64,000 nucleotides of DNA from contig NW_027266286.1 in assembly GCF_022045235.1 (NCBI RefSeq), positions 39,804,001 to 39,868,000 on the forward strand, read 5' to 3'. Below the pieces are notes generated by a model that saw only the letters and a program-made list of their open reading frames with translations, was not told where the DNA came from and searched no databases. Numbering within the stretch: position 1 is the first letter of the stretch; every line of letters begins with the position of its first letter. Positions 1-13,607 of the stretch are shown here, one piece after another. The translations under genes and the position numbers were made by a program. This stretch comes from Haliotis cracherodii. Taxonomy: Eukaryota.

Positions 1-248
1 TAATTGCACAAAGGCCAGTAGCTGTAAAAATATGATCATCATGATCATCATGATCGTAAAGCACCACCATTATTCAAATTACACTAGGGACCCATCACAC
101 CTTCCTTTTGTTTTAATCCTTTCAGTCAGTAAATTAACACACATAAAATACTAATATATGATGTGTTTACTTTAAATCGGGCTACTAATCACACCATAAC
201 TATGGTGACATGGCAGATCACTATACACAATGTAGTATATTCACTAAC

Positions 249-1463
249 CGAGACAAGGTCCCCTTGAGAATCAGCGAAGAGATGCAGCTCATCGAAGGAT
301 TTAGAGAGCATCTCTGGATCATGTTCCTGAATTATGAAAAGTCGGGTGTCGTTGGGAGATCTGAAAGTATACCACATTGAAACATCAGAGACAAAAAGGT
401 GAACACTCCATGTTCCTGTATCTCATACTAAAAACATGAGGACATAATAACAATTATAACATGCAATTCTAATATACATATGAATTCAGTGAATTTGGCT
501 TAAAGCCGCTTAGAAGAGTCTTTCACTCATATCAGGGCATGTCAGCCTCCTGTGGGAGGAAAGCCCGAGTGATGCAGGTCTTAGATGATGTTTACCACAG
601 CAAACATCATCTGGGCAAATCTGGAATTTGAACCCATGAGCATAGGTTTCTGGAATGCCTAAGGGAAGCAACTCTGCACAGCAAAATGTGATGCCTTAGA
701 TGACTGAGCCACACGTGGAGCTATTATGGATCTGTTAAGTTTAGATATGATCCTCTTTTCAGAACTTATTTTGGGATCTTTCAGTTTTTTGCTAGTACTC
801 AAGAAACAAAGTGTTACTGGTGGACAAAAGGATGGTCCCCCAGAAGAAAGATTTGAACTACAATTTGAATGCACCATCATTAAATTGTCCCCAGCAGTCA
901 TCATGATGTGTATTTGACCAACTGGAATACACTGGCTGACCCACCTGCGGATATGTACAAACTGCTCCAGATCCCGGAGTAATGCCTTGCTGCCACCATT
1001 GTGGAAGTGCAGCGCAGGGTACGTTGTGCCATCCTTCAGGATAAAGATGATATAGGCCCAACCATGATTTGGAGCACTACGTTTGAAACTTTTCAGGTCC
1101 AACACATCAAAACTGATGTTATATTTACGACGGGCGTCCATCTTGGCATTCATGGAGACTAAATTTAATCAGGAAAAAAACCAGTGTAAAGATTGTAACT
1201 TGTAATTATAGACAATATAAATAAAGATGATCTCAGGGTGAGTGAGTTGGGTTTCTTAACCAATATTTCAGTAATATCTGACATGACAATTTAATATTAA
1301 ACCCACAAGCAGAAGATCTTTGAGTTACTAAGGGTAGCAACTCTGCATCATAAGTTTTGATGCCTTGATGACTAAGCCACTGTAGATGACCCAGTTAAGT
1401 AAGTACAGGGCATTACAGGACATAACTCTCTACACCTTCACCTCCTATAACAATCTAACTCAA

Positions 1464-1496
<33 letters not shown>

Positions 1497-4400
1497 CACT
1501 TGAGCCTGTTGGAGATGACACACCAGTACAAATGTCAGGTTAGGATGCACAACATTGCTTCTACAAATTCAAGACCTCTTCAATGCAATTTATATTTTCA
1601 AGACAGACCTAAATAATCAAGACTCTGTCAAGCCGGTGCAAATCTTGACGACATGTGTGAATTGACACACCTGAATCTGCCTCTCGGTCATTCTTGTAAC
1701 TGACACTGCTGACACTGCCCCCAATGACTGCCCAGTCCTGGTCCGACTGACCATCCACAGCCACAAGGTCCTCTGCCCTCCACTCTATGTATGTTCCATC
1801 ATGCTGAAACACACCAGCAGCAACAAGGTGAGACACTTTCCCACGCCACCATCTTAGAGGGGTAAGTTCACAATAACATTGAAACATTAATGATGATTGT
1901 TGTATGTTGTACATATTGTATGTTTATACAATCAATCATTTTGGAAACATGTACCCAGTGAGTGAGTGATTATGGTTTTACACCATATTTAATAGCAATA
2001 TCCCAGCAATGATATGGCAGGGGGCCCCGGAAAATGGGCTTTACACATTGTACCCATATGGAAAATACAACTCGGGTCTTCGGTGTGATGAGCCAACACT
2101 TTAACCACTAGGCTACCCCACCGACCCCCATATACATGATATACCCAAGGCAATCAAGCATTTAATAACAGTAAATAATATGAACAACAAAAAAGTAAAT
2201 GAGTTTTGTAGAACCTGTAACATTCAACTGTTGTGAGTTCACATCATAACTATATCAGAAACAATACATGCTAAAAGGAACATATACAATTTTATCATCC
2301 ATGTCAAAATGATGAGATCTGATTCACATGATCTTGATAAAATACTATGTATCCCGCAGGAGGGAAATAAATTTCTCAGTGAGGGAATAAATCCTTATTC
2401 CACCTCCACAAAGAAAACAGGCAGCACATGGATTTTTGGACAAGATAATAAATCCCTTACACTTTGAAGCAAAAAGCTGCACGCTTTTTCCCAGTCTTTG
2501 AAAGTCATGTGACCTAGCACAAGTTAACCTCAACCCAATCAAACCTGCTGTTCCATCAAATTTGTTTTAATTCTTTTACAATGGCAGATTAAAACATGTT
2601 GGGGAGATAAATGTGTTGTAATGTATACATTATCAGGTCAACACTAACATCAAGCAGTTTGTAAGAGTGTGTTTGGAATGTTGCCCGTCCTCAATAATGT
2701 CAACATGTTTACAACTCTTTAACATCATACATTAACATACATGTGAAGTACACTGTTACCATTGTTACCTGTTTTGTATTGGCACAGCAATTGTTGTGCA
2801 ATATTTTTATCAATGTATTGCATCAGGGCATAGGCATTTGCAATGCTCTGATAGTACTTTGACATTGTGAAAGTGAAGCTATGACTTCTGTTGGGACATT
2901 TTGGTCACCAATCATGCTAATTCAACATTTTAAGCATTATACAAGATGTCTTTTTCAAGCCACAGGGGCTCATTAATGCAGTTGCATCTAGCATCACCAT
3001 GATTACCAATACCTTAATGCTGTACTTCTTACTTCAATTCAAACATGACATCAAAGTCATATGGGGACATACAGTCAAGTCTCGTTAATCTGACACTCAT
3101 TAATCCGACAATCGGCCTTATCCGACACTAATGATGGGGACCGATTAAATCAGTGATATTTAGACCCGTTGATCCGACAGTCTCGCATTCTGACTCCAAC
3201 ACACCTAATTTGCAACGAATTACCGAAAGACTCATTAATCAGTCTCATCACTCCGACACAGTGATCAGCGTACTCCGTGGTCATCTGCCCGCGAGTACAC
3301 AGCCAGTGTTTTGATGTGAGACGAGTCGGCTAGTAGCTGCATATTACAATGGCTGCAGAGATAAGCTTGCTTAACAAAAAAACAAATTATAGATTTAAAT
3401 AAAGAAAACAGAATTAATCACATGCTTAGATTACCTCAATCTCATTAAAATCAGATACAAGTTCTCCCTACGCCGAGGACACACCATTACAGGTCACATC
3501 AGAAAGACCTTTAGCGGACTATGACCGGTCAATGAAATGACTAACAGGAAGTCGACATTAGCAACTTAGAAAGCAGCTTTCTTGAGCCTTGCGGTACCAC
3601 TTTCAAACTCGCGACTTCCATTCCAGACTTTGCTTTTTAAAGTATTTTGAATACGTCATACAGTCTGTAACAGTTGTTTTGTGTTAAGCTTTAGCGGTTG
3701 CATAATTAGAAAACCTATTCCGCTAACAATGTAACATAACAAAATGAATACTTCATTTTTTATTACATGTTTGTATCATTACCTATCGTGAAGTTCTCTG
3801 ATTTTCGATCACAAACGTTGATACTTCTTAATTTCGTATAAGCTTGTGTAAGCAACTCTGTGGTGTATTCTATTATACTGCATCTAAGTATCATACATAG
3901 ATATATCACTGTAAACTTATGTAACATATGTCTGCTTCCATACCTTTTTGATGAGGAAAACTCTCCCCTGGATGTGAGCATCTTTATCCTTAGAATCTTG
4001 GACATTGATGTGAATGAATACACTTTCTTTCTCATAAAGGACCTGTGGAAAAATCGAAAAACATAATATGGTATCAATGATCAGTGATGTAGGGAGCATT
4101 ACCTTGCAGCATTAATACATTATTTATCATGATCATGATTACAAGGATCATATGTTGTTATCGATCACTGTATTTATTGCCTGTCCAGATTCAATATTTA
4201 CAGGCCACCATCATATTATAGCTGAAATATTGCTGAGTGCAGGGTTGACATCATACAAACAAAACCAACATATGTCCTGTCCTACAATCATCATAAATTC
4301 AGATCCAAACACCAAGGTATATGTTGAATTCTTTTAATACTGTACATAACCTTTTTAATCTTACTTGCATCAGGTGTGAAATAATAAACTCTCAAACTTG

Positions 4401-7400
4401 TTAAGGTTATTTGAATTTTGAATGATCTGACATTGTTTCCCAAATGGAGACTGTACCCTGTGTACCTGAGTCACCAGTAAGAAAGCTGGACCATACTGGA
4501 CTGTGCAGCTCCACAAGACATACATCACTTCATACAGTTATCTCCTACATACATTCAGCACCTTTCCACGGCCGGGTGAGCAAATTTCATCTCCAGCAAA
4601 ACAATGACTTTGTGTCCATTAGAGGTATCGCCTGACACCTCGAGATACGATACTTATCACGATACAGACTGACAATACCACTGGTATCATCATACTCCAC
4701 AACAAATACATGCAGTTAGAAATGAAGAAATCACTGAATTACAACTCTAAAACCTCTGCACACGACCTTTTTTCTGTATGAGGACTTATCAAAATCAAAC
4801 TGAAGACTAAATGCAGCAGGCTCGTCCATTGTTACCACCACCTCCCCGTGTTTCGCTATGCTACTTCATTTGTTATACCATCAGTTCCTTTTCTATTTAT
4901 AGCAATGACAAAAACTGACAATTCAAGTATCGTCTGTAACTAAATATCGATGACACTGTAGGTATCGGTGAATCATTAGCCCTATTGCCATGATTGCCAT
5001 GATCACAGGTGTTTATGTATGACAAAAAGAATGCATAAAGGTCAACAATCTCAATAAGTTTTCAACTTTACATATTTCTACTACACATGTTCCACATAGG
5101 TGAAAACAAAAAGACATTGAGTAAATGTAGCCACTCATTAATCACTGGATTGGTTTTAAAAAAATTAAAAACTTTTAGAGGGTTAAAGTTCAGTTCAATT
5201 TCTAGGACATTCAATTTCATGCATATTTTCATACAAAATGTCAAAAAGATATTTTAAAATTGATAATCATACACAAGAAGGTGATACAATAATGAAAGTG
5301 TTCTAATGCCATTCGTCTCTAGCACTGCACTGACGCATTATTGTAATAATTAACACATCAAAACTGATAATCATGATAATATACAAGCAGTAGAAAAAAC
5401 TGACTCAAAGTTTTCAACAAAATCTTATCTTAACATATTTCTGAATTTAAAGGTTATCCAATGTATCCTTCTTCGTGTTCGTGTCACAGTGTACAATACA
5501 TTGACCTACCCTCTTTAATAACTGTGTATACACATCTCGCATTACACGCATGGCAATAGATCAATAATATTCCCTTGCTAGATGCAAGAACCTGCTTTCT
5601 CATTGGTTAATTGGTACATATATATGCAAATTTTGTGCAATCGTAGGGCCTGGCATCCTCTATGATCCAGTGTATAATTTCTCCATTCTATTATGATAAA
5701 CACTCTGGACCCATTCAACACAAAAGCTTTGTTTCGGAAGTGACGTTACCATCTCCCTCTGGCTTATCACTAACAGATATTCTCTCGCTCATGGGCTGGA
5801 ATATATATGTCTCTTCTGAATAAGAGTTTGGCACAACACAAAGCAACATTCATTAAATTGGGGATAAAATACAGTAAGGTCACAATACAATACATATCAT
5901 GATACATGGGTCACGATACGAAATATATCGCAATATGCATATTTACCTCAAATCACATGGAAATTTCTTGACTACAAATACTTCAGAGCAGGTTCAAAAG
6001 GAAAAGCTAGCTTTGGATATTCGTGGAAGCTATTTTTAGTAGTGAATGTTAAATGCACTTTACAACACATTTTGTTATATTCCAGTGTATCATCTTGTAT
6101 TGATACAGCCCTAATTAATACGAGCGAGCCTGTGATACATAAGCATCATATTATTGAATCAGAATACTGTGTAACATTTGATTTTTAGTGGAAAAGATGT
6201 TTTCTTGACTAGTAAGATTGTACTTCAGTTGTATTTGAGGCAGTATGTAACAAGGTGAATCATGTATTGGTGCTATCGCCGCTTGTTTCAACACTCAAAG
6301 AGCTGCACAACGTAACTGGACAGCTATTTTTTTAGTTCTGGCATTAAAACTGGAGTGAGATGAGCTGTGTCGATTGGGTCCAGGGTAATAACGGAGAGAT
6401 AACACACTGGATAGTTGAGGACAGGGGACTGGGCAGTCTTTCATGTGTTGCTTAGTTTTTCTTATTGAGGGCAAGCTGCAAGTAGTTTTCCTGGGCTTTT
6501 GGCATATTTAGTAAAACCATGTTAAAAATGAGAGTACAATATTTGTTTAAATCTGACACTACATTCAGCATGTTCAGTTCCTATTAAATTAAAGTCTACA
6601 CAAAACAAAAGAGCAAATCCTTAGTCAACGCACAGATCATTGGACACAAGTTTTTCAAACTTGAAAATGTAATCACCACTTTATTATGGCTTTTAATTTC
6701 CCCATTCAGTATTCCAATAATAGGACTTTATCCAGACATGTGTTCAGATTTCAGATTTACATGTTAAATGATGAATGGAACCATTTATGTTATCTGAATA
6801 TCACATAAATATTCATATTAGTTAGGTACAGGTACACAATTTCAGTTCTATGCTAAAATCAGTTTGGATTTTTTATCAAGTTTATACAAACACATTGCAA
6901 GAAGTTGGAATGGATTAAACTAAAGGACAAGGTCAGAAACTGTAGCCAAGCATCTATCAGCACATGTTGACATGTTATATATACAGTATAATCTAACCCT
7001 TTAGTCTCATGAAGATAATCAATTGGAGATTTGGCACAGAGCAACAAATTAGACTGTCTGGATGTAAGCTGGATAACACTGCCATGATAATCAAAGTTGG
7101 TTGGTTGTTTAACACCGAACTCAGCAATATTCCACGTCTATGACGGCGGTCTGTAAATAATCAAGTCTGGACCAGACATGATAATCAAAGGACTACATCT
7201 ACAGACGTCATAGTATCCTGATCAGACACCAGTCAGAAGCCCAAGTACAGTTTGTTTGCTTTGTTTAACACAGATACTAATATTAACAGTAAGATATACT
7301 GAAGATGATGCAGAGAGACAAGTTTAAGCAAGTAGTCTGAAAGTGTTTGGGCACAGACTGCATCTAACAAGACTGTAAGCACTGAGTGTTCAACATAATC

Positions 7401-10400
7401 TCACAATAACACTTGCAGAACTAGTGGCATGGGCTAGTTCCATAACATGATAAACTTGATTCTGGACACTCTTAGACCCAACCAGCCTACAAAATGACCA
7501 TGGTGACAAACAAATGGACATCAAAAAGTAACATTGGCCAAAACAAATTAGTCAACACAGCTATGGATTAATTGTGCATAATTTTTCCAAGTGTACTTTA
7601 GACAATATGTGGCATTTCCATTGGATGAGAGGTTGGTCACATGACCACAAACCTAACAGTCATACATTTTTAATGAGACTGTATTCTTGAAAGGATGAAT
7701 ACACTGACAGACTACTTCCACATTCCTGGGGGAATTCCCTGGCCCAAATTAATACAGAAGCATTGTTTCTGATCAAATACAAACTTACATCTCCAACTGA
7801 GCATTTGAAAAAGAGCTTTTGACTGTATGCCTGTGATAATATCCTTGCTACAATCCATCCCTGAACAAAACCCATACTTTACATGCAACAGTAGGCAGTG
7901 TCTGAAATAAGTGTCTGCACACTTGCCCATGGCTGGTAACTTTTCTGTCGGGCTGCATGAAATTTTCCTCCACGTGCCTGACTGACTGTCTGGCAGAAAA
8001 TATTAAGACTACTTAAAGGGGCACTGATCTAACGCAATTCCCCGGACTGGTTGCTGCCTTTGTTATTGTTTTTTTCCCCGTGATTACCCGGATGATACGC
8101 AACACAACTGAGCGTGACCAGAGACTGGGCTACCGTCTGCAAGGACAGCTAAATGAACTTGGCGGCTGGAGGCAATATTTGTTTTACGCATTTTTACATA
8201 AACACTGATTGGTTAACTGTGATCTATAAAGATTTCGACAAAGGGCGCATGTTAATTAATTTCTTCGACCTAAACAAAGAGACAAAAAAACGGCGGAGCT
8301 CATCGGATGTCGTCATTTGGAAATACCCAAGATGGTTATAGTTTAATACTAAAAAAAGTATCCATGCAGTGAAAGAATTTTCGGGTTTTGGATTGCGTCG
8401 ATAATACGATTACTACTCCCTTGTTGTCATCCACGTTTTCTCGTCTAACCCTACACTTGTGTATTTGTCGTCATTCCCTTGATGCTCGGTTAATGAATTT
8501 ATTACAGGTACAATTAGTGGTAGTACCACTTAGATTACCTGACAAAGGTTCCCATTTGGCATTTAATGTGTCTGGGGTAATTATTCAATCTAAATCCAGG
8601 TTTGAAGTGAGGTGAAATGTGTGTTATGTAATATGCACGTGGCAGCCAAGCAAGAGATGAATGATCATTTCATTTACTTTTTTTGTATATCAACGGATCG
8701 TTCCTGGTCATCAAAGGATTAACAGAAAATATGTTGATTGATTAATCACTGTTATCTTGCACAGTGGATATGTCAAAAGTGAGTGTTTACATGTCTAGGT
8801 TTACTAAAACAAAGGGAATACACTCATATCATGGCGTGAAGTGCCGATGTTAAAACAACATACTTTGTTCAAAGGGATAACTGATAATATGTTGATTGAT
8901 TGATCATTGTTATCTGTCACTCAATGGAACCGTGGACGTTATGAAAATAGTTGTCACGTGGGCTTTCTCAGCCGACCCTTGAAGACTTGACACCTATGTG
9001 AAACACCTGAAACAATCCAAGTGATCAGTTGAGAAACGAACACGGTTATAATATCCCGAAACGATATATGTTTTTTAAAATATTTGATTGTTACAGAGAC
9101 ACGTGACATCGAATAAGTTTCTTTGTACAGCTGCAGATGAGTGGGATATTGTTCCTTTGTGTGGATATTCACGGATACATTCCTCGAACAAGGAAGCTGC
9201 CTAAAATTTATACACATAAATTTGGTGGGTTGTAATTATGGTATTTGCATTTTGTTTTCCTTCATTTGAACCAATTCATTCTTGTTTCTCTATGTCTTGG
9301 TTGGGAAATTCTTCAATGCGCGATAGACGTTGTTTTCTCCGTGTATATATTACCGTCAATTTGTAAAATTTGATTCTCTCAGGCAATTTATAAAATGTGT
9401 AAATATTTCAGCCATTTTGACTAAGAAATCTATCCAGATTGATTAAGACGAAAAAAAGGGCCTACAAACATCACAACAGATTATTATGTAGGATTAGAAG
9501 CCAAACAACACAGACATGTACTTTTCAACGAAATATTTTTCAGTCACTTTGTAAAATATTTAGACGTTTAATAAATATGTTACACATTTTGACGGTAAAA
9601 AAATATACACAATATAAAAAAGCAATACTTAGGTGAAATATTTACTTCGTGTTGCAAGTAAAAATCGCAAAATTACCAAGCAAGTGACTTATCAAAACTT
9701 CGTCACCATTACCGATGCTACCCCCAAAGATACCTACATTTCCTTATTATCTCGAAAACTGTATTTCATTTTGTTGATCAATGTGACCATACACCCTTAT
9801 TACTACCGGTATCCATAAACGTGACTAATGCGCTTACGAAAGGCACAGCAGAGGTCGCGAACTAGTCTAGATTTCTGCTATACATCCGGGTACTCACTGG
9901 GAAAAAACAATAACAAAGGCAACAACCAGTCCCGGGGAATTGTGTTAGATCAGTGCCCCTTTAATGACGTATTCAGTTTTATGATAAATCCTTGTAGATT
10001 CTCAAGTAATTGTTTGCATTATTTCAAATGAATCAAGACGTGATTTGTCTCTTATTTTGTTGTTTATATTTTTCAATATTAATATTGTCTGGTTTATTGA
10101 AAGTTTTGGAAATCTCCCCCGCCATGTTGTTCATGTCAGCTCATTCTGTAATCTTGAAGTAAATGTATTACAATGCACTGTTACGGACTTGCTGAGGCAG
10201 TTCTTAACAGACATTTCTCACCTACTACTGATATGACATAAATGTATTTGTTGTAACCAAACCTAAAATGATGTTACTGTAGAGATATTTGAGCATACAT
10301 ACACTCATGTTATCTCTCGTTTTGAGGAAATTATTTTCACACGATACAGCTTGGTGTATGACTGTCAGTGTAAAGATGTCATACATACTAATTTTGTTTC

Positions 10401-13149
10401 CCATAAATACATCTTGTTAACACATGTACACCCAAAGAAACAAGTGAGAAGGCTTGCTGTAAGTGTTTTGAATAAAGATACATACAAACACACAGATTTA
10501 TTTACAATAATAGTAAAATATGGTTTGAATGTGTAAATATTACGTTCGAATAAGAGAATGTCGCCTATGTTGAATGTAAAAATGCATGTTGAACAATTGA
10601 TAAGGTGAATATTGTTACAGCAGCATATATTGTCTGGGGGGAAGAATACATACATATATATTAAGTGATATCGCCACCTGTTTTACACAATATACTGAAT
10701 AATCACAGACATCATATAAACTGTCTCTTGTACATGAGAAGGGTGCGCTGCACTCCGTGGTACTCAGTGAATCGCTTGACACTAATTAATTCAATCAGGA
10801 CAGACCCACTCAAGTGCGACCCCAGCAAGTGTGATTAACATGTCCAATAAATTCATCCAAGCGTAATAGTTATTGTTAATCGAAAATAAAAAGGTTTTCA
10901 ATCAAGGATTGTGCAATTTCTAAGAATGAACCATGTATTTTGAAAACCGTATAGTTTATAGGGGTGACTATTGAGGCATTTTTGACTATTGCGATACTAT
11001 TGTGATAGTTAAAACAACTATTGCGATACTATTGCGATAGTGGCCCTACTATTGCGATACTATTGCGATAGTGGCCCTACTATTGCGATACTATTGCGAT
11101 AGTTTTCACTTGCAATTATAGCAGGCTTTAGCAGCATATATTTCAGCATTTTGACTGACACCATCAAACTAATTATAACTTTCTGATACTATGTGTAAAA
11201 AAAACAACAAATGAAAAGAAAACAAGTTCAAATTGACCTCTCAAAAACATTTTAATACAAAATTTCACTTCATGTAACTGGTAAAGTCTTAGGTTACTGC
11301 AGTGTTTTAGCACCAAAGTGATGAATGTGATAGAATGACTAGTATTTGATCCCCCTTTTTCACGTGGACGAATATCTGAGTGCCGTCTTGTCAAGTGGTC
11401 GGTCAGATTAGTAGTATTTCCTGAATACTTTAGAATTATCCGACAGATTCTACAACTTACTTTTTGCTTGTCTGTCTTGTTTTGCATTTTGACAAACCCA
11501 AAATGGTCCAATACCCACGATTTGCCTGCCTTATTGGCGACAATTTCGAACTGACATGTGGCGTCCGCCAACTTGTCAATGTTGCCTAGCAACGAGTAGC
11601 TAAGGGACGTAACTCTAAATCAAGCAGACAAAGTAGTGCAATCCAAACGAAAGCACGACAGAGGTTAGATGATCATAGGAGTTGTTTCTATGTTTTTTAA
11701 GAAAGTAAATGTACCAAACAAATTAACTATCGAAACTATCAATAGTTAGACAAACTATCGCCAATAGTATCGATTGTTTCAAGTTGCAATCGATAGTGTA
11801 CTATCGTGAGACAAGCAATCGCAATCAATCGATAGTTTGATGTATCGTTACACCACTAATAGTTTATGTTTTAATCTAACACAAGTATGATTACTTGAAT
11901 GATCTTTGGTCGGACAAAATGTAAAACATGCTGCTGATGTTTTCATTTGGCAATTTTGGTGCCATTTTAGCCTGATTCTCATACAACATATACAGGTGAG
12001 GTGAAATGGGGTTTAACGTAGCGTCCAAGATTATTACACTTATATAGCGACGTGCATGCACGTGTGTGTGTGGCTGCTTATACTAGTTTGGACTGATCCG
12101 ATTTATAGTGCTAGCACACTGAGATACCATGCCGCAGTTTAACATGAATACCCAACTCAGACACAGTATACTGACTCCGAGCCGACCAATCCTTGTTTTA
12201 GCCCCTTAATGCCGAGCGCCAGACAGGGTAACAACAAGTACCATCTTTTAACGTCTTTTGGTATGACGCGGCTGGGGATCAAACCCCAGACCTTCCTCTC
12301 TCCGTTCGGACACTCAACCATTAGACCACTGAGTCGGTCTTACAACATATACAAGACAGGCATGTCTATATTTAGTAATCAGGTTATAGTACCATATTCA
12401 AGACTGCTGTTTACTGGGTACAGCTTAGATCTCAAGTGCTAATATTGATTTTTAGGGTTGTGTTAGGGTTAGCCTTGGTCATCCTCATTTCTTTCCATAT
12501 AGCCAATGGATCCTCTTTCCGATCAAGAACCCAACAAGATCCTGAGGTCTGTTGTGTGTTAGAGCAAGCTTTAGCATGGTTAGCTACCTAAAAACTATAT
12601 ATAGATGGAAGAAACGGGCTATATGTAAATAAATATAACTTTTGGATATTAGATTAACTGATTATCCACCAAGCTGAACTACAAGCTGGCTGTGTTCGAT
12701 CCTCTGTGTGGTCCTGATTGAAATCCAAAAAGTTGCAGCTAGTTATACTCTCAGCCAAGCTTACAAACATGATCAATGACTCACATGTACAATGTATATA
12801 ATGAATAATTGTTTAGAGAATGTTTCCATTTCCTGAACATGTTGAAAGATCATAAATTCTGATTTCATATTCTTATAGGTTATCATGTCACCTAAATTGA
12901 GAAGTTTAATTACAATTTTTAGATTGGCTGTATGTGTCAGTTGTTATCTCCTAGTTAATCTCAAGAGAATGTCCTGTGTTGCACTTGAAGTCATGACAGT
13001 TTATAGTTACATGACGAGCAGGTGCTAGGTTAGCAGTTTTTCTCAAATATCCTTCAGTAACTATCCCATTATTATTATTTAACATGTCAGTACAGAGCAT
13101 CAGTATGATATATGTAACTGAATTTTACCTGGTCCTTATGCGAAGCCAT
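249..13149 (-). CDS. TBC1D15: TBC1 domain Rab-GAP (TBC1D15/TBC1D17 family), 5' part; gene continues beyond position 1. Coding exons: 13129-13149, 3944-4042, 1671-1803, 945-1158, 249-360
   Basis: GT-AG exons join in phase (0,0,1,2,0) to give MASHKDQ|VLYEKESVFIH...GRVFLIKK|HDGTYIEW...DWAVI...|...FDVLDLKSFKR...GWAYIIFILKDGTTYPALHFHNGGS...|SPNDTRLF...LSKSFDEL. This matches the TBC1D15/17 N-terminal domain (PALHFH motif). Exon 1 is short and was chosen by phase fit and position at the shared promoter. Confidence 0.88.
1464..1497 (+). repeat. (CTGTGC)n microsatellite in a TBC1D15 intron
   Basis: About 5.5 perfect hexamer copies. Confidence 0.9.
1958..2130 (-). mobile_element. Short tRNA-derived SINE remnant with (ACTC)n tail; related copy at about 40025-40175
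   Basis: Minus strand begins GGGGTCGGTGGGGTAGCCTAGTGGTTAAAG (A-box-like) and ends in actcactcac; the internal acacattgta...atatgg segment is shared with the 40 kb copy. Confidence 0.6.
8017..9960. mobile_element. Non-autonomous Kolobok-type DNA transposon (1944 bp) in TBC1D15 intron 1
   Basis: About 78-bp near-perfect TIRs (AGGGGCACTGATCTAAC...GTTAGATCAGTGCCCCT); TTAA on both sides (8013-8016, 9961-9964); purine-purine 5' terminus favours Kolobok over piggyBac; no transposase seen. Confidence 0.8.
10959..11858 (-). mobile_element. hAT internal-deletion derivative (900 bp) retaining the BED zinc finger
   Basis: Perfect 8-bp TSD ATAGTTTA (10951-10958, 11859-11866); termini TAGGGGTG.../...CACCACTA; subterminal ACTATTGCGAT repeats; ORF 11173-11592 has SWVLDHFGF...CRICRIILKYSGNTTNLTDHLTRRH (zf-BED). 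Confidence 0.88.
11995..12340 (-). mobile_element. Full-length tRNA-derived SINE
   Basis: 13-bp TSD TACAACATATACA (11982-11994, 12341-12353); A/B-box-like motifs on the minus strand (GGTTTGATCCCC); central region resembles a MetaSINE-type core (from memory, unverified). Confidence 0.75.
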
Positions 13150-13607
13150 ATCCTATATTTTCAATGAACGAGCAATTTGTTGACGGTCTTTCGCGTGACG
13201 AGTTGTGTTGTGAATATTGAATGACGTCACCACTTCCACATCCGCCAAGCCCCATGCAGCAAATATTAGAGTTGACGATCGGTACTGTTACAGTAATGCA
13301 TGGCAAATTATGAGTCAAGAGATGGTCAACAGTATACATATTTTCATATCTATGCCACCATAAGAGCTGACAGGTATAATTACAAATTCTTTTGGTCCTA
13401 AGCGATGTCTTTCGTAGTCTCGTGATGGCGTGACGTCATGCTTTGGGAGCCATTTTCCGGAAAATGTCAATAACTTGTCCAGAGTGTTCTGCTTCTACTT
13501 CAAGGAAGCTCTTTACATAAATTTTCTTGTCATCGTGATTCTCTTCTAACCACATGCTGAGAGTGTAAATTATTACATATTATATCTGATAACATCAAAT
13601 TGGTGAT
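13150..13607. promoter_or_regulatory. Bidirectional promoter and 5'UTR region shared by TBC1D15 and RAB21
   Basis: 458 bp between divergent ATGs; CpG-enriched; two perfect CRE palindromes TGACGTCA (13222-13229, 13431-13438); TTTTCCGGAAAA palindrome at about 13453-13464. Confidence 0.75.

Noticed and set aside
7712-7930. ORF MGKCADTY... as TBC1D15 exon 1
   Set aside because: No family similarity and no phase-compatible donor; 13129-13149 fits better
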